Source of the DNA: Thiorhodovibrio winogradskyi
GTDB taxonomy: Bacteria > Pseudomonadota > Gammaproteobacteria > Chromatiales > Chromatiaceae
DNA: 64,000 nucleotides
Reading direction: 5' to 3'
NCBI RefSeq assembly: GCF_036208045.1
Contig: NZ_CP121472.1
Coordinates: 877,531-941,530 of the forward strand
Part shown: one piece after another, positions 1 through 9,518 of the stretch
Position numbering within the stretch: position 1 is the first letter of the stretch
How the letters are laid out: the number at the start of each line of letters is the position of its first letter
Translations under genes and position numbers: made by a program
The notes under the pieces: model-generated
What the model was told of the DNA's origin: nothing
Databases searched by the model: none
Seen by the model: only the letters and a program-made list of their open reading frames with translations

Positions 1-1323
1 AAGCAATGTGCAGCCATCGGCGCTGATGCCGGTCAGTGTCAGGTGTGCGATGCGATTGGTCCAGTCATGGTGCCGTGGTCCAGGCGTCGCCGTGCTCTCG
101 AGCCGCACTGGCAGATAATTGGGTGTGTAACCGCAGGGTGGTGCGCCGCCAGCTTTGGCCAGGCCGCTTTCGAACAGCACTGGCAGGGTGCGCCCAAGGT
201 TTGCCTGCAATGTCGCTTTTTTCAGCTGCGCGGCAAGTTGGTTCAGTTCTCGGGTGCGGGCGCGCTTCACCTCGGCCGACACCTGCCCGTCCATTCCGGC
301 GGCGCGGGTGCCGGGGCGTGGTGAGTAGGAAAAAATATGGACATGGCCGAAGCCGTTCTCGGTGACTGCGTTCAAGGTCTGTTCCCAGTCCGACTCGCTC
401 TCCCCAGGAAAGCCAACGATGATGTCGGTTGTTGGGTTGAAGTCGGTGATGCCTTGGCGTGCCTGGGCAATGAGTGCGCGATAGGTGGCACTGTCGCAGC
501 GTCGGCCCATGCGCTTGAGAATGCGATCAGAGCCACTTTGCAGCGGCAGATGCAGGTGGGGCGCCAGGCGCGGGTTCTCGAATAGGTGCCAGAAGCCTTC
601 GCTCAGGCCCCAGGGCTCGATCGAGCCGAGGCGCAGACGGGGGATGTCGGTGTCCCGCAGCACGGCGGCGATCAGATCCTCAAGCCGGCAGCCCAGGTCA
701 GCGCCATAGCCGGTGGCATGCACGCCGGTCAGCACGGCCTCCTGGATGCCCTCGGCGGCTGCCTCTTGGATCTCGGCGACAATGTCCGCCAGTGGCCGAC
801 TGCGTTCGGGACCACGGGCGATGGTGGTGACGCAGAAGGTACACTGGTGGCGGCAGCCATCCTGAATTTTCACAAAGGCCCGCTGGCGACCGCGCGCGAA
901 CAGTGGATTGGCCTGGCTGGTCTCGGCGGTGGCGGGCATGATCGGGAGCGCCAACTCGCGCGCGGCGATCTCGACCAGGCGGTCTTTGTCGGCATTGCCG
1001 ATGAGCAGGTCGATGCCGCTGTGGTCAAGGCCTGTTGCTGCCAGGCCGGTTTCATCCAGCGCCGTGGCGCAGCCACTGACGATCAGGCGTGCGCGCGGAT
1101 TTTGCCGCTGGACCCGGCGCAGCAGCTGGCGCGACTTGCGTACCGCCTCCTGGGTCACGGCGCAGGTGTTGACCACGACAAGATCAACGGGTTGCTCGAG
1201 CGCTCGGTCGGTGTCCTGACCGGAGGCGCCTGGGCTATGCCCCAGAGCCTGGAACTCCCGCGCCCAGCGCTGGATTTCGGCCTCGTTCAGCCGACAGCCG
1301 AGTGTTTCGAGTCGGATACGCAC
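1..1323 (-). CDS. tRNA methylthiotransferase, MtaB/MiaB-like radical SAM enzyme (partial; the C-terminus runs off the window start)
   Basis: Manual minus-strand translation from GTG at 1323 gives M/VRIRLETLGCRLNEAEIQRWAREF..., matching the MtaB N-terminal MTTase domain (cf. MKVAFYTLGCKVNQYE). The frame stays open to position 1 with no stop. The plus-strand ORFs listed for this region (36..365, 586..1347) are low-complexity antisense artefacts. Confidence 0.7.
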   Translation of the reverse strand, partial: MRIRLETLGCRLNEAEIQRWAREFQALGHSPGASGQDTDRALEQPVDLVVVNTCAVTQEAVRKSRQLLRRVQRQNPRARLIVSGCATALDETGLAATGLDHSGIDLLIGNADKDRLVEIAARELALPIMPATAETSQANPLFARGRQRAFVKIQDGCRHQCTFCVTTIARGPERSRPLADIVAEIQEAAAEGIQEAVLTGVHATGYGADLGCRLEDLIAAVLRDTDIPRLRLGSIEPWGLSEGFWHLFENPRLAPHLHLPLQSGSDRILKRMGRRCDSATYRALIAQARQGITDFNPTTDIIVGFPGESESDWEQTLNAVTENGFGHVHIFSYSPRPGTRAAGMDGQVSAEVKRARTRELNQLAAQLKKATLQANLGRTLPVLFESGLAKAGGAPPCGYTPNYLPVRLESTATPGPRHHDWTNRIAHLTLTGISADGCTLL

Positions 1324-1358
1324 GCGATGATCGAGCGGAATGATTGAGCAGGTCGCGT

Positions 1359-2150
1359 TCAGCGTCGTGGCAGGATGATGACGACCTTGTCCTCTTTGTC
1401 GGTGCGCGTCATGGCGCCGGGATTGGCATCGGGCGGTACCCTCAGGTGGCGCTGGAAGCGACCACTCGAGAAGCTAAAACTGCGACGATAACCACGCCCG
1501 TTTTGGTCCTCCTGCTCAGAGCTGGTGTAGCTTTCTCGCACGCTGCTGATCAACAGGCCGCGCCCGCGTGGCACGATCTTGATATCCTCGGGTTTTTGGT
1601 TGGGATTCAGTCGGATGGTCAGCCGATAGCCCTCGTCGGTGATGTCCTGGATGAGTTCCGGCATCGGGCGCGCGCCCGCTCTTGATTGACCTGGCCTGGT
1701 ATCAATAGAACCGGCATGACCGGATCTGGCATGAGTGGGTCCGTGAAAGCCGGGGCCGGCGTAAGGAGATCCCTGGCCGGGCCCGTAGCCGGACGGATAG
1801 CTGTAAGGATAGTTGGATTGGTAGTTTGGCGGAGTGACCATCCCGTGGGAGGACGGCAAGGGATAAGTGCCTGCTGTTCCGGCCATGCCCTGGGTGTGAA
1901 CCGGTCCATTGACGCTTCCATAAGGGGTTCCATAAGGACTTCCATGACCGGGTCCATAACCAGACCCATAAGCCGGCCCGACAGGCGCTGGCTGGCTGGT
2001 CGGGAAGGTTGCCGCGCCCGACGGGGCATTGGCCGGCGTGGTTTGCGCCACACTGGTTCCGAAGATGGTGGCGAAGGGCAGGGCGCACAGCAGGCTGGCG
2101 GATAACAGGCGGGCCTTGGGCTGACGGGTGGGAAAGGTATTGGTGGTCAT
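1359..2150 (-). CDS. Secreted Gly/Tyr/Pro-rich protein with a C-terminal Hsp20/alpha-crystallin-like domain
   Basis: ORF 1359..2225. A likely Sec signal peptide begins at internal Met MTTNTFPTRQPKARLLSASLLCALPFATIFGTSVAQ (about 2150). The central segment is made of GxGY/PYG-type repeats. The C-terminal ~90 aa (YRLTIRLNPNQKPEDIKIVPRGRGLLISS...KVVIILPRR) resembles an Hsp20 fold. Confidence 0.55.
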   Translation of the reverse strand: MTTNTFPTRQPKARLLSASLLCALPFATIFGTSVAQTTPANAPSGAATFPTSQPAPVGPAYGSGYGPGHGSPYGTPYGSVNGPVHTQGMAGTAGTYPLPSSHGMVTPPNYQSNYPYSYPSGYGPGQGSPYAGPGFHGPTHARSGHAGSIDTRPGQSRAGARPMPELIQDITDEGYRLTIRLNPNQKPEDIKIVPRGRGLLISSVRESYTSSEQEDQNGRGYRRSFSFSSGRFQRHLRVPPDANPGAMTRTDKEDKVVIILPRR

Positions 2151-2252
2151 TGGCGGTATTTCCCCAAGTATGGGCGGAAGAGAGCGGCGGAGGCATCCCG
2201 GGGCTCCTGGGGAGCCGCTGGACAAAGGTTGATTATACCCGCGGCAGCCCGG

Positions 2253-2843
2253 CTAGGGGTGGCCCGGTTCCGGTGTCGAGCGGCCGAGATCACGCACCAG
2301 CACTCGCCCGTCGCGCTCAATCAGTCCAGCTTCGCGCAGCCAGTCACGGGCATCCTCGGCGTCCTGCTCGAACCAGGCCTGGGCGCTGCCTAAGCGAAAG
2401 GAATACCCCCAGGCGTCCATGTCGGCGAACAGTCGCGCGCGCGGCAGGTCGAGCAGTTGCTCGCCAATCAGGATTTGCAGCATGCAGACGGCGTTTTCCT
2501 CGGCGACCGTGCCACCGGCATCGGTGTGCAGGCGGGCGCGGCGGTCCTTGTCCATGCAGATGAAGTGACAAGCCTCGTGCAACAGGGAATGCACCGGCGT
2601 GTCGGGGCGCACCAGCAACTGCTGGCCGATCAGGCCGGCCTCGGGCGTGCCCCAGTAGGAACCCGGGATCTCGGCATCGGCCGGCAGTTCGCGCAGGCGC
2701 AAACCATAGTCGCCGAGCACCTGGTTGATCAGCGCTCGATCTGCCCCGCCGAAGCGCAGAACCTCGGGTACTGCGTTCGCCTCGGAAAGTGGCTTATTCG
2801 CTGGTGCGACGGCGCTTTCCGAAGTCATGTTCGCTGTGGTCAC
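2253..2843 (-). CDS. Hypothetical protein co-transcribed with speE; contains an HEACH (HExxH-like) motif
   Basis: 196-aa ORF whose start abuts the speE stop (2844/2843). No recognisable family. HEACHFICMD motif noted. Confidence 0.5.
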   Translation of the reverse strand: MTTANMTSESAVAPANKPLSEANAVPEVLRFGGADRALINQVLGDYGLRLRELPADAEIPGSYWGTPEAGLIGQQLLVRPDTPVHSLLHEACHFICMDKDRRARLHTDAGGTVAEENAVCMLQILIGEQLLDLPRARLFADMDAWGYSFRLGSAQAWFEQDAEDARDWLREAGLIERDGRVLVRDLGRSTPEPGHP

Positions 2844-3707
2844 TCAGGCGGGCGCCTCGGCCATGGCATCGACAAAGAACTGAGGCGCCGCCAAGGCCGC
2901 TTGATGCACGGCCGCGTTGTAGTACTGGGTGGCGAAGCCGCGTGACTCGGCCGCGTCCCGGCGCCACGCATCCAGGCTGCGCTCCTTGGCGGCCATGGTC
3001 GCGCTCCACCAGCCGGAAGGGTAAATGGTCTGTGGAAAAAACAAGGTGCGCTGGTCGGCGAAGCCAGCGCTGGCCAGGTCGGTATGCATGCCGCGGATGA
3101 TGTCCATGTGATACAGCGGGGACTCGCTCTGTTGCACCAGCAGGCCGCCGGGGGCCAGGGCGGCCAGGCAATCACGGTAGAAGTCGGCGGTGAACAGCCC
3201 CTCGGCCGGGCCGACCGGGTCGGTGCTGTCGATGATAATCACATCCAGGCTGGCCCGCTCGACATGGCGGATCCAGGCGATGCCGTCCTCGAACAGCAAG
3301 GTGGCGCGCGGATCTTGATTGCAAGCCGTGAGTTCAGGGAAAAACTGCTCGGCCACCCGGGTCACGCGCTCGTCGATGTCGATTTGCACCGCGACCTCAA
3401 TATCCTGGTGTTTGAGCACTTCCCTCAGGGTGCCGCAGTCGCCACCGCCGATGATGGCGACATGGCGTGGGGCCTCGTGGGTGAAGAGCACTGGATGCGA
3501 GAGCATTTCGTGATAAAGAAAATTATCCCGGCTGCTCAGCATGGTGAAGCCGTCGATCACCATGAGTTGGCCGAAGCCCTCGGTGTCGTAAACCTCAATG
3601 CTCTGGTAGGGCGTTTGCTCTTCATGCAGCTTGCTCTTGATGCGCAATGAAAAAGCGCTGCCCGAGTCTTCGACGATCTCGGTGAACCATTCCTCTGGAT
3701 TCAGCAT
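2844..3707 (-). CDS. speE: Spermidine synthase (polyamine aminopropyltransferase)
   Basis: 287 aa with the diagnostic motifs LSSRDNFLYHEM and VAIIGGGDCGTLREV, and the aminopropyltransferase fold signature throughout. Confidence 0.9.
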   Translation of the reverse strand: MLNPEEWFTEIVEDSGSAFSLRIKSKLHEEQTPYQSIEVYDTEGFGQLMVIDGFTMLSSRDNFLYHEMLSHPVLFTHEAPRHVAIIGGGDCGTLREVLKHQDIEVAVQIDIDERVTRVAEQFFPELTACNQDPRATLLFEDGIAWIRHVERASLDVIIIDSTDPVGPAEGLFTADFYRDCLAALAPGGLLVQQSESPLYHMDIIRGMHTDLASAGFADQRTLFFPQTIYPSGWWSATMAAKERSLDAWRRDAAESRGFATQYYNAAVHQAALAAPQFFVDAMAEAPA

Positions 3708-3815
3708 GATGTCTCCAATGATCGGGAATCAGTGAGTCGTGAACAGGGGTGGATGCATTCGCCCCTCCGGGTTTGTCGACATGCGCGGCGGGGATGCTGA
3801 TGCACGGACATGACC

Positions 3816-4190
3816 TTAACGCGGGTAGTGGTCGTCAAGATTGGCGGGACAGAGCACGTCGCGCATGATGCCAATCAGCTCCAAGAGTTGGCTATTGCGG
3901 ATACGATAGAAAATCCGGTTGGCGTCCTTGCGCGAGATCACAATATTCTTGTTGCGCAATTGCTCAAGGTGCTGAGAGATATTGCTCTGCGAGGTGCCGG
4001 TGCGCTCGACGATCTCACCGACCGAGAGTTCGCGATCACCGAGCGAGCAGAGAATTTTCCACCGCAGCGGATGCGCCATGGCTTTGAGCGCATTGGCGGT
4101 CAGGGTGGCGTTCTCCGCTCCTGGGCGCACCGGGTTGAGAGTCCCTGGGGCGGAATTCCTCGGTTGTTGCTCGGTCGTTTGCTCGCTCAT
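3816..4190 (-). CDS. ArsR/SmtB-family transcriptional regulator
   Basis: 124 aa carrying the HTH_ArsR signature LKAMAHPLRWKILCSL...LSVGEIVERTGTSQSNISQHLEQLR. Confidence 0.85.
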   Translation of the reverse strand: MSEQTTEQQPRNSAPGTLNPVRPGAENATLTANALKAMAHPLRWKILCSLGDRELSVGEIVERTGTSQSNISQHLEQLRNKNIVISRKDANRIFYRIRNSQLLELIGIMRDVLCPANLDDHYPR

Positions 4191-4245
4191 GCGGCCAGCC
4201 CTCGTGCTGGATGCGAAAATCGAATGATTGCCCGCCTGGCCAAAG

Positions 4246-5202
4246 TCAAGCCCAAGCGGTATTGGTGTGGCGGTCGCTGGTCGTCGGTTCGCTCGCCCCC
4301 GCCGCCTGGTGCTCCTGATACCGCTCTGCCAGCTGCCGTTTTTCCGGTTCGTCTGGTTCCGGTGTGTCTGGCACCCGAATATAACCGGTCATGTTCTTGG
4401 CGATGCAGATAATGTCGCTGATTTGCCCGCTCGGGTCCAGTAGGGCGGTGCGTGAAAACAATATGGGTACGCGTGAGCCATCCCGGGCGATAAAGCGGGC
4501 GTCGATCTTGCTGAGCGCGCCGGTGCGGATCAGCGCCTCCAGCCAAGTGCCCATGAAGGCGCCAGCTTCCTCGTCGCCTTCTTCTTCGAACACGTCGCCA
4601 ATGGCCATGCCGATGAGATCATCAATCTGATAGTCGAGCATCGCACGGGCGGCGGGGTTGGCGAATGTGATCTCGCCTTGCGGATTTAGCACCAGCAGCG
4701 CCTCGCCCATGTGGGTGATGATGCGCTCGCTGTATTGTTTCTCGCGCTCCAGTTGGGCGGTGCGCTCGGCGACTTTTTGCTCCAGGATGCGATTGAGTCC
4801 GCGCTCCTTCTCGATGAGCCGGAAATAGGTGCTGATTTTGTTGATCAGCAGCAGATCGTCAATGGGTTTGAGCAGATAATCCACCGCGCCCACGGCAAAG
4901 CCGCGTTGCTGGAACTCTTCGGACTTAAAGGCGGCGGTCAGGAAAATAATGGGAATATCCCGGGTACGCTTGCGCAGCTTGAGCAAGGAGGCGGTCTGAA
5001 AGCCGTCCATCTCCGGCATCTGGACATCTAGGATGATCAGATCGATGTCGCGCTGATCAAGGGTGATGTCGATCGCCTCGCGTCCGCAAGCCGCCTCCAG
5101 TACCTCGGCCTCCAGATGCTTTTCGATCAGGGTGCGCAGGGTGTAGAGGTTGTGCTGATGGTCATCGACAATCAGTACCTTGTAGCCAGGTGTGGCGGGC
5201 AT
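4246..5202 (-). CDS. Response regulator, REC + PAS domains
   Basis: ORF 4246..5259. The likely start is MPATPGYKVLIVDD at about 5202. Canonical receiver motifs (LIVDD, DLIILDVQMPEMDG, KP) are followed by a PAS-like sensory domain. Confidence 0.8.
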   Translation of the reverse strand: MPATPGYKVLIVDDHQHNLYTLRTLIEKHLEAEVLEAACGREAIDITLDQRDIDLIILDVQMPEMDGFQTASLLKLRKRTRDIPIIFLTAAFKSEEFQQRGFAVGAVDYLLKPIDDLLLINKISTYFRLIEKERGLNRILEQKVAERTAQLEREKQYSERIITHMGEALLVLNPQGEITFANPAARAMLDYQIDDLIGMAIGDVFEEEGDEEAGAFMGTWLEALIRTGALSKIDARFIARDGSRVPILFSRTALLDPSGQISDIICIAKNMTGYIRVPDTPEPDEPEKRQLAERYQEHQAAGASEPTTSDRHTNTAWA

Positions 5203-5322
5203 GGCGGTTGCCTTTGCTGTGGGTCGGGCCGAGGCTGCTTGGCTCGCTGCTGGGTCCATGGTTGGGTGCGGGTCTGGGGTGTGGCTGGTGGCATGACTGG
5301 AGGGAATGGCAGGGCTGGGCGG

Positions 5323-7845
<2,523 letters not shown>

Positions 7846-7917
7846 CCCTGGGCCGGAATCGGTGGTCGGCGGATGGAGTCGGGCGGAGTCGAGTGGATGC
7901 GGGGGCTTGATAGGCTG

Positions 7918-8418
7918 TTACAACCGGCGGCGGATGTCCTTCAGCAACCCGGCGCTGGCCGCCTCCACCAGATCCAGCACCCGGTCGAAGCCGCTTGGTC
8001 CACCGTAGTAGGGGTCGGGCACCTCGCGCACCGGTGCCTGGGGAGCAAAGTCCATGAAAAGCTTAAGCCTGTTGCTCAGCCCCGGCGGGCATAACTCGCT
8101 GAGATCACGGAAGTTGTCCCTGTCCATTGCCAGCACATAGTCGAAGGCATGAAAGTCCTCCACGGTTGCGCGCCGGGCGCGCAGATCGCTGAGATTGATT
8201 CCGCGCCTTCTGGCGGTCTCGGTCGCACGCCGATCCGGCGGCTCGCCAACATGGTAGGCATGGGTGCCGGCGGAGTCGATCTCGATGCGATCAGCCAGCC
8301 CCGCTTGCTCGACAAGCTGGCGAAAGACGCCCTGGGCTGTCGGGGAACGACAGATATTGCCCATGCAGACAAAAAGCACGCGAATCCTATCTTGCTTGGT
8401 ATTGGTTGTGTCAGTCAT
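7918..8418 (-). CDS. Low-molecular-weight protein-tyrosine phosphatase (Wzb/Ptp family)
   Basis: 166 aa with the P-loop CMGNICRSP near the N-terminus and a DPYYG motif near the C-terminus. Confidence 0.9.
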   Translation of the reverse strand: MTDTTNTKQDRIRVLFVCMGNICRSPTAQGVFRQLVEQAGLADRIEIDSAGTHAYHVGEPPDRRATETARRRGINLSDLRARRATVEDFHAFDYVLAMDRDNFRDLSELCPPGLSNRLKLFMDFAPQAPVREVPDPYYGGPSGFDRVLDLVEAASAGLLKDIRRRL

Positions 8419-8423
8419 GGGTA

Positions 8424-9518
8424 TTATTGTCCTTCATGGAGGGGCGCTGGCTCGCCAGCCGCGCCAACCGCGCCAAGCGCTATCATGTCAAGGCGCAAGT
8501 CGGCGAAGCGCTGCCGGAGTTTGGTGCAAAAAAGCTCGGCGAGGAGTGGGTCATCAATCACCCAGACCAGCCGCATCTGGGCTAGGGACCGGCTGGCTTG
8601 GTCCGGCTGGTCGCAGTTTGGACGCGACAGAGGGCTGCTGGGTTCATCAGCGCGGCTCTCCCCGAACAGACGCGCGAGCACTGGCTCGATTTGCGAGCGG
8701 CCTTCGACATCGCGCAGCAGCGGGGCGAGTTCATCGATAATCACAAGATCCGCCTCGCGCAGGGACCATGGCTGTTCGGGCGCGGCCCGTGGCTCGCAGG
8801 GAGCCGCGCTTTTGCCGAGCAGCCGTGCCCCAGTCAAGTAACGCACCCGTGTTTCAGCGGCTGTTGCCTCACCGCCAATGGCGCTGGCCAGCGAGGTACG
8901 TCCGGAGCCCGGCGCGCCGGTGATGATCAGCTGCTGCATGGCCTGGGGCGCTTGCCGCAGGAAGGCCAGGAGAATCTGGGATAGACAGGGGTCAGTGCCC
9001 GACTGACCAGCAAGGCGTTCAAGCGGGTAATTGGCTAGGCGGCTGAAATAGGGCAGCCCAGAGCGGTCGAAGGCACGCTTTTGGCGCAGATAAGGTTGTC
9101 GCACCAGCAAAAAAAAGCCCAGCAGGGCGGCCGCTGCCAGGATGACGGGCAGGCTGGCCGAACCCGGATTGCCAGCTTGGCTCAGGGCGCCAAGTGCGGC
9201 GCCCAGGGTGACAAAGCTCCAGTCAACCAGGCCGTCGGCGGCGACTTGAGCGCGATTGGCGGGGAACAGCGGGTTGCTCAGACGCACGGCCATGGCGTAA
9301 TCCAAGAGTTCTTTCACGGCGTACAGGGCGCTGAGTACGCCCAGAGTGGCAATGGGTTTGCCGCTCAGGTTGGCGCCGACAAGGGCCAGAAACAAGCCGA
9401 TGAAGCTGTGCCCGAACTGGTTGGCCTGCCAGACATAGGCCGCGGAGTAGTGGACATAGAGGTCTGTTCCAAAAACATCGGACCAGCGCCGCAGTTGGCG
9501 CAGTACGGCATCCATCAT
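8424..9518 (-). CDS. Membrane-anchored P-loop NTPase-like protein (~4 N-terminal TM helices; atypical Walker A GAPGSGRTS)
   Basis: 364 aa. The N-terminal 160 aa are hydrophobic. Walker A-like LIITGAPGSGRTSLAS has Arg in place of Lys, and there is a Walker B-like DLVIIDE. Its start overlaps the GGDEF-EAL stop by 4 nt, and the LMW-PTP gene starts 5 nt after its stop. Confidence 0.6.
   Translation of the reverse strand: MMDAVLRQLRRWSDVFGTDLYVHYSAAYVWQANQFGHSFIGLFLALVGANLSGKPIATLGVLSALYAVKELLDYAMAVRLSNPLFPANRAQVAADGLVDWSFVTLGAALGALSQAGNPGSASLPVILAAAALLGFFLLVRQPYLRQKRAFDRSGLPYFSRLANYPLERLAGQSGTDPCLSQILLAFLRQAPQAMQQLIITGAPGSGRTSLASAIGGEATAAETRVRYLTGARLLGKSAAPCEPRAAPEQPWSLREADLVIIDELAPLLRDVEGRSQIEPVLARLFGESRADEPSSPLSRPNCDQPDQASRSLAQMRLVWVIDDPLLAELFCTKLRQRFADLRLDMIALGAVGAAGEPAPLHEGQ

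Noticed and set aside
586-1347. 253-aa plus-strand ORF (and 36..365, 337..585, 908..1219)
   Set aside because: Low-complexity Gly/Ala/Arg-rich antisense frames typical of high-GC DNA. The minus strand encodes a clear MtaB-like radical-SAM protein.
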